A stretch of 64,000 nt of DNA from a virus. The notes below the pieces were generated by a model that saw nothing but the letters and a program-made list of their open reading frames with translations, searched no databases and was not told the DNA's origin. The stretch is taken from the IMG/VR virus record IMGVR_UViG_3300008448_000012, positions 1-64,000 of that record; one strand, given 5' to 3'. Shown one piece after another: positions 45,968 through 60,500 of the stretch; within the stretch, counting starts at the first letter, position 1; each line of letters begins with the position of its first letter. The position numbers and the translations under genes were made by a program.

Positions 45968-48568
45968 TTGGCAAGCTTTACAGATACCATAATGCAATTT
46001 AACCCCTACGTTCAGCAATTGCCTACAGAGGCAATGGCTCAAGTGGGTATGTATAAACAGCAGAAGTATGAGGAGGGGGTACAAAAAATCCAGTCTGAAA
46101 TCGATAGGGTTGCTGGATTGGATGTTATACGAGATGTTGATAAACAATATCTCCAATCAAAACTTAATGAACTTGGAGGTAAATTAAAAACTGTAGCTGC
46201 TGGTGACTTCTCAAACTTCCAATTGGTCAACTCTGTAGGAGGAATGGCTACGCAGATTGGTAAAGATCAAAATGTTAGAAATGCAGTTTCATCTACAGCT
46301 TGGTATAGAAAGCAGGTTGCTGAAATGGAAAAGGCTATTTCTGAAGGAAAATCTAGTCAATCCAACATTTGGGATTTTAATCAAAGAGCAGATGCTTGGA
46401 AAAACTCAACAGATATCAAACAAGGATTTAGTGGTAGGTATACACCTTACGTAGATGTAAATAAAAAGTTTCTTGATGTATTGAAGACATTAAATCCAAA
46501 TGCCACTCAAGAAGATATTGCTTATGAAATTGATCCTGTCACTGGTAAAGTAGATACTAAGCAGATTGCTGCAGCAATGGCTAGAAAAGGATATGAAGGA
46601 GTTAGTGCTGCAAAAATTGAAAATGCACTGAATGCAACATTGACTCCTGATGATATCAATCAGCTTTCTATAGATGCAAGATATAGGTTTAAAGATTATG
46701 GTGTTCCTGATTTACAAAACTATGCAAAACAACAAGTTAAATCAAGAACAGATAACATAGATACAAAAATTCAAGCTTTAGAAAAGTTTTCAAAGCTAAG
46801 TTCTTCTAGCCCAGAAGATGTAACTACAGCATTACAATCTATACAGGATTTAAAAAACAAGAGAGCAAAAATAGAAAGTGAACTTCCTTCTCAACTTGAA
46901 GCTATTGCAAGAAACCCTGACGGAACAAAGTTCAATATTTATAAAGAAGGATATTTAGATAGTTTTTCAGAAGCATTTTCTTGGGAAAAACAAAAGCTTG
47001 AACTTCTTACAAATCCTGTTCTTGCTGCTGACCATTGGGCAAAAGAATATAAAATAACTCAAGCTAGATTAAATCTTGATGAACGACAGTTTAACTGGAA
47101 ACAGTATGTAGAGGGAGAAGGTCTCAAGATGAGAAGAGAAGAACTTGATTTGGAAGTTGCCAAAACTTATGGAACTGCTGGATTTACAACATATGGAGGT
47201 GAAAGCACTAATGTAAAAAATCCAGTAGTTGCAATGAAGCAAGATGCTAATGCTAAAGATCAAATGGCATTGGATGGAGTTAAACAAATGGCTGTAGGAT
47301 TGTTTGGAAAAGCAACTCCTGAAAATATTGGAGCTATAGAAAGTTCAATTCTTAAATATCAAAATGCAACCACTGATGCTGAAAGAAATGCAATTCCTGT
47401 AGAATGGAGAGAGGTTGCTAATGGTATTATTGAGAACAGAATCAAAGCTAAAAATATAACCAATGCACTTTCTGAATCTGAAAAAAGAGCAATGGCTAAT
47501 CCAGCATTAGCAGGATCTGCTGCTGCAATTGATAATGCTCTTAAATCAAAGAAAGGATTTACTATTACTGTAGGAGGTAAACCTACATATTTTAGCAATA
47601 GAGAAATTCTTGACTATTTAAGCAAAGAAGGACCTAGAGGTATTGCTTCAGGTGGAATTATAACAGGTCCAAACACTGCTGCACAACCAGTAGGAACTCC
47701 TATTGATCCAAGTACACTAAGTCCCAAAGAAAGAATATTGTACGAAGTAGTGAAAAATAATCGTTATGGTTTGGGAAAAGCCACTGCTGCACAGGGTGCT
47801 ATAAACGGTATACTTAATCAATATACAGATCTTGTAAATCAAGGAAAGAGTTTTAAAAATTCAATGGACTCATATGTTTCTCAAGATATGCTCCAAAGAT
47901 CTGGTAAATATATTCCTTCAATTAGTTCTATTTTTGTAGGAGGAGATAAGGAAGATAACCTTGCAAGAAATAGAATGGAATCAATTGTTGGTACAGTGCT
48001 TAGCAGATATGCAAAAGATAAGGGAGGAGCAGAAGGACTGGATGTATCTGGTGCAGCAGCACTTCTTGCTGCAGAAGGTAAAAATGCAATTCAATATCAA
48101 AAAGTTTTGCAAGGGGACAAGGCATATGTAGTTATGAAGAAAGGGAATGATGAATTCATGATTCCTGTAACACCTATGGAAGCTGCACAACTTCCAAAAA
48201 TGAAAGGTGAGCCATCTCCATTGGAAGTTGATATCACTACAACACAACAGTTGAATGGTGGTACAACCAATGCTAGCGGAAATGCTGAAGATTCTTACTT
48301 CCAAAGATTCAATTTTAGTAATGTTAGGAATTTGAATGTTACAGCAGATTTGAAAAGAAATGTTTCCAATCCAGCAATCCAATATATGACTGTTCAATTA
48401 AAAACACCGTCTGGTTGGAAGTCTCTACCACTTACAGACTATCCAATGGATGTAAGTAAAGCAGCTACATTGGTTGGTACGTTTACAGATAACGATATAG
48501 TTCAGTATTTTTTGAATAGTAAGAATGTTCCACAGTCTTGGAAAGACGAAATTAAAACTCTTCGATAA
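45968..48568 (+). CDS. large virion ejection-like protein, TTG start
   Basis: 866-aa ORF upstream of the RNA polymerase. Confidence 0.8.
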   Translation: MASFTDTIMQFNPYVQQLPTEAMAQVGMYKQQKYEEGVQKIQSEIDRVAGLDVIRDVDKQYLQSKLNELGGKLKTVAAGDFSNFQLVNSVGGMATQIGKDQNVRNAVSSTAWYRKQVAEMEKAISEGKSSQSNIWDFNQRADAWKNSTDIKQGFSGRYTPYVDVNKKFLDVLKTLNPNATQEDIAYEIDPVTGKVDTKQIAAAMARKGYEGVSAAKIENALNATLTPDDINQLSIDARYRFKDYGVPDLQNYAKQQVKSRTDNIDTKIQALEKFSKLSSSSPEDVTTALQSIQDLKNKRAKIESELPSQLEAIARNPDGTKFNIYKEGYLDSFSEAFSWEKQKLELLTNPVLAADHWAKEYKITQARLNLDERQFNWKQYVEGEGLKMRREELDLEVAKTYGTAGFTTYGGESTNVKNPVVAMKQDANAKDQMALDGVKQMAVGLFGKATPENIGAIESSILKYQNATTDAERNAIPVEWREVANGIIENRIKAKNITNALSESEKRAMANPALAGSAAAIDNALKSKKGFTITVGGKPTYFSNREILDYLSKEGPRGIASGGIITGPNTAAQPVGTPIDPSTLSPKERILYEVVKNNRYGLGKATAAQGAINGILNQYTDLVNQGKSFKNSMDSYVSQDMLQRSGKYIPSISSIFVGGDKEDNLARNRMESIVGTVLSRYAKDKGGAEGLDVSGAAALLAAEGKNAIQYQKVLQGDKAYVVMKKGNDEFMIPVTPMEAAQLPKMKGEPSPLEVDITTTQQLNGGTTNASGNAEDSYFQRFNFSNVRNLNVTADLKRNVSNPAIQYMTVQLKTPSGWKSLPLTDYPMDVSKAATLVGTFTDNDIVQYFLNSKNVPQSWKDEIKTLR

Positions 48569-51500
48569 TGCCAGATTTTGACAAAGATCTCAAACCTCTT
48601 ATAAACAAAGAAGAACTTCCTGAGCTCACACCAAATGTGAAAGCTCCTAATGTTTATCAAGCTTCTGTAGAGAGGCTGTCAAACTATGCCAATTCTGAAA
48701 ATCCATTTGATAAACTTGCACAGGCATCTCGTTCTTCCAAATTTGATCAGAAAGGTGTATTTGTTACTAATGCTGAATTAGAAGCAAATAAAAGATATCG
48801 TACATACAATCCTACAGTGGCAAATCAAGAAGATTATGCTGCTTATGGACAAAGTGTTGCTGATAAGGCAGCAAATGGTTTGTTGAAAGGTGTTAATCTT
48901 GCAGCCACCACAATAGCTGGTGGTTTTGGAATGTTATATGGTGCAGCCAAATCTCCATTTACAGGAAGACTTGCTGACATATGGGATAATGAGGTGATGA
49001 GAGGTTTGGATGATTGGAACACAAAAGTGGACCAGGAATATCTGCCAAACTATTATACAGATGTTGAAAAGAATGCATCATGGTATTCTAGAGACAACTG
49101 GTTCAAAGCAAACTTTTTATTTGATAAGTTAATTAAGAATACTGGATTTGCTGTAGGTGCTATGGTGAGTGGTAACATAGCTAATGCTGGTTTGTTAAGA
49201 GCAGGTGCTGCTCTTGGTAAAGCTGCAATGGCTGGTGCAACAGCAGCTGAAGCATCTCAAGGATTTAAATTGTTTTCGCCTTTGTTGAGAAATACAGCAA
49301 GGGCTTTTAGTGTTGGTAAGAATGTAGAAGCTGCAACTATATTGGAGAAAGAGATTTCATCAATAGCAGATTTGACAGCAAGAACATCAAAGATTGGAGA
49401 GCTCGCTAAAACTACAAACATGTTTGCTGGTTTTAACGATGCTGCAAGAAGAACAGCAATTGCTGCTTATTCCTCTGCTGGAGAAGCTTCATTTGAAGCT
49501 ATGCAAACAGCTAAGGAATTTAGAGAAAAGCTTGTTCAAGAACATATAGACAGAACAGGAGAAGAACCAATTGGTGATGATCTGAAAAGAATCAACGAGC
49601 AAGCTGATAGTGTAGGTAAAACCTCATTCCTTGGAAACCTTGCTGTGCTTAGTATTACAGAATATATGCAACTTCCTAAACTTTTAGGATCTTCATATTC
49701 TTCTAGTAAGCAAGCTGCAAACAGTTTGCTTGGTAAAGTGGACGATATTGCTTACAAAGATGGTGTGTATTCTGCACTTAAACCAACTACAAAGTTTGGT
49801 AAAATATCAAGTAAAATTGCTGGTGTATCCAGATATGTATTTGATCCAAAAGAAGCTGCTCAGGAAGGATTGCAATACGCTCTCCAAGTTGGAACACAAA
49901 ACTATTACAACAAAGCATTTCGTTCCAATAATGCAGATGCATATGTAGATGGTGTTCTTTACGGATTGTTTGGACAAGATGAGTATGGTGAAGGAGTTGG
50001 TGCATTGAATTCAAAAGAAGGTGCTGAGAGCATGGTGCTTGGAGGACTTACAGGAGGATTAATGCAAGCAAGAGGCACTTACATAGAACAAAAAACAGTT
50101 GCAAAAAATACTCAAGCTTTTATAAATCAACTTAATAGCACTCCTGGATTCAAACAATCTTTTGTTGATAGACTTCAGGCTGCCAATAGATCTAATGTAT
50201 TACAAGAGCAACAACAAGATGCTGTTATTCAAGGAGATAAACTTGAAGCAAAAGATCTTGACGCAGACTTGATGCATAATTATCTTTCATCTCGTATCAA
50301 ATATGGTAGGTTTGATATGGTGATGGATGACATCAATGATTTGAAAATGAACGCTTCCACAAAGGAAGGGTTGAGTGAGCTTAAGCAACAAGGACTTGCT
50401 AATGTAAATGATACAATTGAATCTTATAGAGAGAGGCTGACAAATTTTGAGAAGGTGGCTAATTATACAAATGAATTGTATAAGTCCATAGATCTCAGAT
50501 ATTCTGGTGTAATGAATGAAGATAAGACCAGAAAGTATTCTCCACAGGTTATAGATAAAATGGTTTATGCTGCTTCAAAGATAGCAAACTATGACTTGCG
50601 TATTCCTCAAGTAGAGTCTCCTTTGTCACAAGCTGGAGTAACCACTTTTGATGTTCTTGAAGGAATTATAAAGAACAACAAAGAAAACAAAGAAGCTACA
50701 GCACAAGCTCTAGATGTTATAAATAATCTTAATGTCACTTCAGATATCAAAGACGAACTTAAAACAAATTTGTCTGATATTATTGAATTGTCCCTTCGTA
50801 GAAAAAAGTTCATGGAGGAATATGACGACATTAAAGATAATCCTTCCAAATATGAAGTGATTGATTACGGTGAACTTGGTGCTCTTGAAGAACCAGGAAC
50901 AGTTTCAATCAAACAAGAAGTTCCTGAATCTGAAGAAGAAGGAGCTAAAAAGAAAGTTGTAGATAAGGAAATTGAAGTTGGTAAAGAATACTCTCTGAGA
51001 CAACCTGTAAGAAGAGAAGGTAATAGATTACAATTTGCTCCTAAGGTTGGTGTATTATCCAAAACTCTTGGTGGAGAATATGAAGTTAAACTTCCTAATG
51101 GTAATGTTACATTCTTTACTCCTGAACAGTTTAAAGATTATGAAGTTTCAGATGTAAACCCTGCTTCTCCAAAAATTGCTGAAATTCTTGACAAGGCTAT
51201 TGATTCTGTTCTTGGTAGAAAAAAGTATGAATCAATTGAGAAGCCTACAGAAGATAAACTTGACTACATCAACAATCTTGATAACAAAGAATTGATTGAT
51301 GATATTGAACAGGAGTTCAATGAAAAGGCTGAAGAATATCTTAAAGAGTTGGCTAGTGAAGTGGCTAGAGTTGAGAGGTTGATGAACAACTCTGAACAAC
51401 TTAAAAAGACACAAGAAGATATTGAAAAGCTTTCTGGAGACAATCCTACAAATGATGATGAGTCTGACATTGAGTTAAGTGAGAACTTCTGGGAGGACAT

Positions 51501-54500
51501 GAAGAAGTCAGCTATACGATTGTTCAAGTCTACAATAAATGCTTCAGAAGATTGGGAAAAAGGTCCTCTTGCTCCACACATCACTCGTTTCATTGAGTTC
51601 ACTAATAAAGCAAAAGACTTTACAAACAGGTCAAAGCTTAAGGTTATTCTTGTAACTTCAGCATCTCAGAAAGCACTTGGTCTTGATGGTCTTGCTCAAA
51701 TGTCATTTGAAGCAGGTGGAGATAAATCTCTTCTTGTTGGTAAAGAAGAATTTGATAAGCTTGATGACAACAAGAAGAAAGAAGTTATTACAAATGGTTT
51801 TGTAGGTGCTGTTGTTGTTGAGATGGACAAGAACGGAAATATGTTCTTTGTCAACAAGAATGGAGAACGCATCAAATCTCCTGAAGGCAATGATATCAAG
51901 GTGACAGAACAGGCTCCTATTAATGATGTTGTTTTTTCAACAATGCCTGCTGTAAACCTTTACTATTCAAATGATGAGAAGAGTCCTAGATATAGGAGTG
52001 GTGAGAAAGAAGAAGCTGCAAATTATGCTGCTGCATGGGAGGTTTATCGTAAAGGTCTTTTTGAAGGAAATCCTAAATCTGCTACAATATTTGACTTTGG
52101 TATATCCAAAGGAATTCCTGTAATAAACAAAGAAGCTCGTGAGAAAAACTTTGTAGGAAATACACTTATTGATAATGATAAGCTTGCCACTCAAAACCTT
52201 ATAGTTGTATCTACAAAAGGTGCAATTGCTCATGAGGATGGTAATAACTACAGGTTTGCAAATGGAAGACCTGTATTTAAGAATGCTGATGATTTGGCAT
52301 ATCTTAACAACAATAGGTTTTCAAAAAATAAAGCTAAGGCAATATTTTCTGTTATCAAGAAATGGTCTGATGAAATCAACCAACAGATTGTTGATAACAA
52401 GAACATTGTTGTAAATGAAAACTATTCGAAGTTTCTTCAGAACGTTCTTTATTGGAACTCTAAACCTGGAGCACTTCCTAGTGCAAATAAAATTTATTTA
52501 GATACTAACACAGGTCTTCTCCATGTTGGTACTAAAATAGATGGTGAGATTAGAGAAAACACATATGATTTTGCCAACATAGGAAAATATGAAAATGAGG
52601 TTATAAATGATTTGACAAATGCCTACCACAATGTTAATAACAAAACATTGGAGTTAGGACTTGCTGAACCATTTTTGGAATTCTATCTGGATGAGAATGG
52701 TGATCTTAAAGAAAGAACTTGGACCAACTATCAATCATATTTGCTGTCTAATGTAAATCCTGATGGTAGCAATCGTTTGATTGAGGATGCTCCTTTGTTT
52801 ACAAATATCTCCAAACCAACAGAAAGTGTTCCATATCCATTCAAACAGAAATATCTCTATCTGCAAGGAATGGATCTTCCTGTTGAGGAAGTAAAACCTA
52901 AGGAAGATGAAAAGAAAGGAGACCCTACTCCTGCAGCTCCTTCAAATAAGATTGGAGAATATTTTGTAGATGGCAAAACAGTTAATAAATACAATATTGC
53001 CAGTATCAAAAAGGATGTAGAGCTCACTATAGATATAGATGAGAATGGTGAACCTAATGTAACACTTATATCAAGTGAAGGAAATAAAGACGCAATAGAT
53101 ACAATCCTTAAGCCAGAAAACGCAGCTCTTAAAAATACACTCATAGGAGTTCTGAAAAACAGTAAGGATGCTGATGGGAATTCTTTATTTGAGGCTGATA
53201 AACCTGATGACTATCTTATTGGAAAGGCTATTTCATATAGCATCAAGTCTAAAGTGGTACAGATTAGTAAGGAACAAAAACCAGAACCTTCAACATCAAA
53301 CACACCACCACCTCCTCCTCCACCACCACCTCCTGTTACTCCAAAATTAACTAGGAAAGAAGAAATACTAAATAAGTTAAAAAGTATAAGAGGAAATAGT
53401 TTAGGATTTTCTAGTAGAACAACTCCTGGAACAACTAAGTGGACTGAAGATGGAACTAAGGTGACATTCAATAGTAGTAACAGAGATAAGTATAATAGGG
53501 GTAATGAGATATTTACAATAAATGATAAGACTACAATATCTGTAGATTATAACCAAAGACCTTCAAATGGTTTTAGGGGCATGGAGGAACTTCCTTTTAA
53601 TGCTTATTATTCTGAAAATCCAAAAGCTCTTCTTGATGAATTAGCTGCTTTAGAAAAAGAAGAAGAAGTTAAACCTACTGTAGTAGAAGTTACACCTGCT
53701 GAAGAGACTAAACCTGAGACACAAGCTCCAGTTGATTTTAGTTATATAGATGATTCTGACGATAGCACTGTTTATAAAAGAGTGGGAGTTGATACAGAAG
53801 CTGAACCTATGTCAGAAGCTGAAGTGGAATTCTTTAAGGATTTTGTTGGTAAAAAAGTTCCTGGTATTCCATATGAATTTATGGACAACCTCATTAGAAC
53901 ATATGATAATGAAGATGCATATGGTTCTTTTGAAAAGGGGATGATGAAGATATATAAGAAAGCAGCTAAGGGTACAGCATTCCATGAATTGATGGAAGGC
54001 GTATGGATGGGCTTTCTTTCTCCAGAAAGAAGAAGAGCAATTCTGGATGAGTTCAAATCCAAGAAAGGAAGTTTTGTAGACAGAGCTTCTGGACGAAAGA
54101 TTGATTATAATGAGGCTACAGATCAGGAAGCAAAGGAAAGAATCATGGATGACTTTGCTGAATTCATGGATGGAAAGATTCCTGCTAAGTCTGTATCTGA
54201 AAAAATATTGCAATGGTTTAAGGCAATTCTTGATTACATCAAAGCTATTGTAAACAAAGGATCTTTAAAGGATGAATTGTTTAGAGAAGTGTATAGAGGT
54301 AAATTCAAGAATGCAGTGTTTCCACAAGAGAAAATGGGAGCTGCTGCTGAGTATAGAGAAGTTGAAGGATTGAACCAACAACAAGTTAATGACTTTGTAC
54401 AAGACATCACTGCAAGAGTATTCCAAATAGTATTTAAGACAAAACGTTCTTTGTTCAATCCTGAAGAGATTACATCCAAACAAATATTTGATGATGTAAA

Positions 54501-57500
54501 AGAACAATATGTTCAGAAGGGATACTTCAAGAAAATATCTGATAAAACATTTGATGAACTTGTAGATAGGACAAGAGACTATCTTAGAGTGTTCAATATT
54601 GAGTTTGATAGTGATGGTAATATTAACATCAATGATGAGGGAGCTAATAATAGAGACTATGCTGCTGAAACATTCAGTATAAACTTTAAGAAGTCTTCTC
54701 CTTATGCTGTTAAACTTCTAATTAGTTCATTGATTAGGACAGGAAGAGTTAATCAGGAAAAGATACTCACTCCTAGTGCAGATATTGTTGCTGATAAAAC
54801 TGGGTCTAGTGTTAAAGGATTTATGCTTGTTCCTTTTGGACAATCGTTCAATATATTGATGAACAAGTTGAATAACACTCTTGACAAAGATGACTTTGTA
54901 AGAAAGCTTTATTCTCTTGCTAAAGAGAACTCTGATTATATAGCACTGTTCAAACGTTTGGGTGGTGATTTTGCTACAGGTAAAATCAACTTCAACAATT
55001 ATGAAGATCATGACTGGAGACTGTTTACAAGTTTCTATCAGGTGTTTACAAAACAACTTCCTGATGGAATCACCCAATATGTTGATGGTGGACAGGTTTA
55101 CAGTGGATCAGCAAACCAATCTAGAGCAATAGATCAGATTGGTAAAGAGTGGACAGAGAATATAAAAGAACTTGCAAACAAGAAGGATTCCATAATACAA
55201 TATGATCCAATTGGTAAAGCATACAAAGTTGATAAAAGTTCAGATAAGTATAAATCAATCGATATAGGAAGTCCTTCAAAGATGATTGATTTTCTTAATG
55301 AACTAGGAATCAATTTCTCTATAAGCACATACAATAGACTTAAAGGAAAACAACTAATAAATTTTGCAGAAGCTGTAAGTGGTATTAAGACAGGTCTTGA
55401 TAAGAGTGGTGTATTGATATCCATGAAGATTAAGAATAAAGAACTTGATATTACAGGAAACATCAATACAATTGCTGATCTTTATGTAAAGGCAGAAAAT
55501 CCTACAGTAGAAACAACATTCTTCAATAACTCAGGTAAGCAACAACAAGCTTTCACTGATAGCAATGCTCCTTCTGTATTTGAATCTATATTCAATTCTG
55601 TTGAAACTCTAGAAGAGCTTAAAAAGAAAATGCCTCAATTGAATGATGTATTTTCAACCACTTCCCAATTGCTCAAGCGTGGAGGAGTATTCTTTGATGA
55701 GAAAGGAAATAGAACAGATGCTAATTTGAAAGTGCAATACATTCTTGGAGATAAAGACAAGAATGATAATGATGGAACAACAATTGCAGAACTCAGTCCT
55801 GGAAAAAGAAAGTCTCTTGAGATAAATCAAAATATCAAAGGAAGCTATTACATTGTTATCCCTGGAGATGGTTCTACAGAATGGATGATGAATCTTGGTA
55901 ATCAGATTGATTACAAAGAGTTTAGAAGAGGAGCTGGTTTTGAAAAAGTGTATGAAATTTTCCAAGGATACCTGAAAGATGAAATTGCTTTGGCAAAAGA
56001 TTCTGAAAACAGGAAGAAGTTAAAGAATGTAGGAAGCAAAGCATCTGAACTCAGATTCTTTAAAGAACTGCTTTCTGAAGGTGTTCTTAAAAAAGCAAAT
56101 GATATCATAGCTGATAAAAAAGCTACACCTGCAGATATAGAAAAATTCATTGCAGATAATGCAGAAGCTATCAACTTGTCCATAAAAAATTTCATTGATT
56201 CTAGTGCAAGAAAAACATTGGAATCACTGAAATACAATGGTGAGATTGTTCTGAATAAGAACGGATCATACAGCTACAAAGGACTTGATTCAAACTTCTC
56301 AAGGAACAATGATATAAATCAAAACAAAATGTCAGAAGAACAACTTCTGAACTTGCTGACATTCACAAATGCCAATTTTGCAATAAACAACATAGAGTAT
56401 CACAAGGTTCTCTTTGGTGATCCATATCAGTTCAAGATTGCTAATAAGGACGGTAAAGTGATTTTGGATGAAACCAAACGTATTAAATCATTCCTTTCTC
56501 CAAGAAGAGTTACTCTCAGTTTTGATGAGATGAACAACTGGTATGATAAAGAGTACAATAAAGTTGGTCAAATCAGTCTTACTAAAGATGACTATGGATA
56601 TCATCAGTTTAAGAACTATGCTAAAACATTCACTGCTAAAGATGTAGAGATTGTTGGTAGTCTTGCTTCAAGGTTCCCTGCTTATGCTAAAACCAATGAG
56701 GCAGATGCTGCTTCATGGATTAGTGCAACTGCTTACAGAGAAGTTAAAATTAAAAACGGTCAATGGAGCGAAGAAGCTGAAAGATTCCATCAATGGCAAA
56801 TGGCTTATACAAGACAGAACATTCCTGGATATGTATACACCAATGAAGCATTGAGAGAACTGGATGCAAAGATTATAAGCTATCCAGTTCCCAACTATAC
56901 AATTGAGGTTATTAAACCTATTGTAACAGGAAACAAGTTCCAAAAGAATGATATAAATCTGGTATTGGATAAGTTTTCTCAAATGCCTATTTACTATCAA
57001 GCTGTAAAAGGAACTAATCTTGAAAGTCTTTATATAAAGATGTTCAAGGGTGGATATGATTATGTAGTTGTTGAGAGTGGTAGGAAAGTTGGAATAGAAG
57101 GATTGCAAGAATTGTATAAACCAAATGGTGAATTCAATGATGATGCTGCAATCAACAATACTATCAATGTTCCTTGGTCAGCATACGGTATTCAAGTGGA
57201 GAACAGTTATAATAAAGAAAAACTGCAAACACTTGGTTCTCAGCTTACTAAACTTGGTACAATGGATTTGTACAGGGATGGTGAAGCTATTGGTGATACC
57301 CCAGAAAGAAAAGAAGTTATAAAGAAAGCAGTTGAGCGTAACATCACTGCTTTGTCAGAAATGGCAATGAATGGATATAACGAACTTCTTAATAAGTTGG
57401 GTATTGAAGATCTTGGAGATGGATTTAATATTCTTGACAAAACCACTGTAGCAAATACCCTTAGACAAGAAATGCTCAAAAGGGAAATATCAGATAATGG

Positions 57501-60500
57501 AATTGATAGTGTCACTCTCAATAGTCAAACAGGTGAGTTTGAAATTCCTTTTGAAGCATCTACAAACTACAAACAAATTAAAGATATTCTTTATTCTATT
57601 GTAGACAAATCTATTGCTTCTCCAAAGGTGAACGGTTTCTCTGGTGTACAGGTGGCTGCTACAATGTGGGAAAAGTCTGGCAAAGGAAGACAGCTTGTAC
57701 AGAAAATCTATTTCCAAAAAGTTGGAGAAACTCTAAAAGAGATTACCAAAGAAAAATATGACGAACTTCCAAAATCAGAAAAGTCAACTGATTGGAAGAA
57801 AATCACTTCTAAGGAATATGAAAGTCTTCCACAAGATAGACAAGCTGATGTGCAACTGACAAGTGATGCACTTAAGTTCTATGAAGACAAAGATGGTAAA
57901 AGGTATTGTGAAGTTATGCTTCCTAACTGGTTTAGAAAGAAACTTCCTGCAGGTAAATTTAAGAGTGATGAAGAACTTATCAATTATCTGAACACCACAG
58001 AAGGTGGAAAGATTTTGATGGGTATAGGATTTCGTATTCCTACACAGGCAATTAACTCTGTAGAGGTGTTTAAGGTGAAAGGGTTCCTTCCAGATTTTAT
58101 GGGAAGAACTGTAGTGGTTCCTTCAGAAATCACTACTAAGTCAGGATCTGACTTTGACATAGATAAACTCAACATGTATCTGAAGAATGTGTACATCACT
58201 CCTAGTGGTGAAATTAAACTTGTACCATTCTTTGGATTTGGACAGCAGGCTATTGATAAAATGAAAGACTTCATTTTCCAAGAAGACATCAAGTCTGTAA
58301 TGAGCATCTATGAAGATGTTACAGGTGATCGTGAAGATGATTATGGTGAACTCTCAGAAAAGCTTTATAAGCAATCTCTTGAGAATGAATATTATGATTC
58401 TCTAGAAGAACTGTTGACACTTCCTGAAAACTTTGAACGTTTGGTTGTCCCAAATACAAGTAAGGATTTGGAAGATCTTGCCTCTGAACTTAGTAATCTA
58501 AGAGGTGAAACTGAGGAAAATGTTAAAAACAGGCTCTTGGATAGAGATGTCATGAGTGACCTTAGGCACACATTCATCACTGCAAAAAGATGGGTTGGTA
58601 GGGCAGCTGTTAATATTACAAGTCACTCTTTGTTTCAGAAAAGACTAATGTATATTGCAATTCCAAAGTTTAAAATTGTTCTTCCCCATAACTCTGTAAT
58701 AATAGATGGCACTCCTTTTGTTTCTCTTTCTGGTACATTAGATAAAGCTGGTAAATACATTTCTGATAAACTGTCAATGTATGCCAACTCCTTTGTGGAC
58801 GTTGTGAAAGATCCATACATTATGAAGATCATTTACAGTGACAGATTGGTTAGTACATTCATGTTCTTGGAAAGAGCTGGTGTTCCAATGAGATCCATAG
58901 GACTGTTTATGAATCAGCCTATTATTAGAGAATATGTAAACATCCTCGATGCTAGTGGTGCAAGTAGTTTTTCAATTGAATCAGATTCTTCATTTCTTAT
59001 AATTGGAAAAATGTTTCCAACAAAGAAGGAACTTATTGCAAAAACAAATATTGATGTAAGTAATGCTAGTTTAGCTGACTCTATATCAAAATACTATAAG
59101 GATGGTAAAACGTTAACAGATGCTGAAAATGCTCAACAGCGTTTGATATTAGAACAGTTTATTAGTTATTATAAAATGTCTGATAGCTTATTCAAAATAA
59201 CTCAGGCTACAAACTATGATACCACTAGCTTTAAAAATGCTGATGATCTTTATAGAAAACAAATAGTAACTAATTTAACAAATGAGACAAGTCCTATACC
59301 ATTTGCTCCATTAGAAATATTAAAGTCTTCTCATTTGGGAACTCTTGCTAAAGCTTTAGACAGAGCAGGATTGGCATTAGGTGAGATATTAAAATTCAAT
59401 AAGTCTGAATTTAGAGATGTATTAGAAAGATCAATCTATCAATATGCATCTAATCAATATTTGTCAAAGGATAAGTTCACAAGAGTGGCAGAAAAACTTT
59501 CAGCATCATTCTTGGATTACATTATCCAGACAAACATGAACACATTGGATCTTAAATCTCTTGTTGTTGATTCTGATTCTGTAGCAAACAGAATAGAACA
59601 AGCAAAGGTGCTTTATCCTGAGGTTAAGATATTGAAAGACTTTGTAATGGAATCCAGCGATCTTCCTGGAGGTGCTAAAACTGTAAAGCTCAGGGCAAAC
59701 GTTAAAGAGGTGTATGATGAAAATCTCTACATCGGATACATGAGAGAAATGAAATCTCATCCTGCCCTAAGAGATTTGTATAACGATCTTGTAAAACTGG
59801 CTATTGTACAAGGGACATACCAATCTGCAGTATCCATAAAGAACATTGTTCCTTTGGAAGACTATGCAGCAATTGTTGCTCCTATTATGAAGACATTGAA
59901 TGTCAATGATAACATTAGGCAGTTCTATAAAGAGAACATGTTCCAGAGAAGTAATTGGAAAGATAAGAACATTGTTCCAAGAGTGAAACCTAGTTTTTAT
60001 TTGGATGAAGAAGGTGATTATGATCCGCTAATCACTGTAGATGAAAATGATGTTGAAATCTATCAATATAGCACAAAAGCTTTTCCTGAAATTCTAGAAT
60101 TAGGAATAACATCTGGACAGAGAAAAATAATGTTACTTAGTCCAAGATCTAAAGGTTCTAAAAATAGTGTTGTAATAGTTCCTAGAATTGTTACAGTTGG
60201 AAACACTAGTGAAATGATTGATTTTATTACAGGACAAACTGTTACAAAGAGCGAGTTTGCCATCAGGAAAAAAGCTGGTGATCCAACAATAAATGAGATA
60301 TATGGGTACAAAAGATTGGAAGATAGTAATGGAGAACCTATTACAACAGATAAAGGATATTCTATATACAAGCAAATCAATCTGTTAGGTGATGGTCAGT
60401 ATGCTTCTGAGTATAAGTTATTCCCTACAAAGTCTCCAATTAATAATGGTACAGTGAAGATTGAACAGGAGATTCCTGATAATGACATCATTAGATTTTT

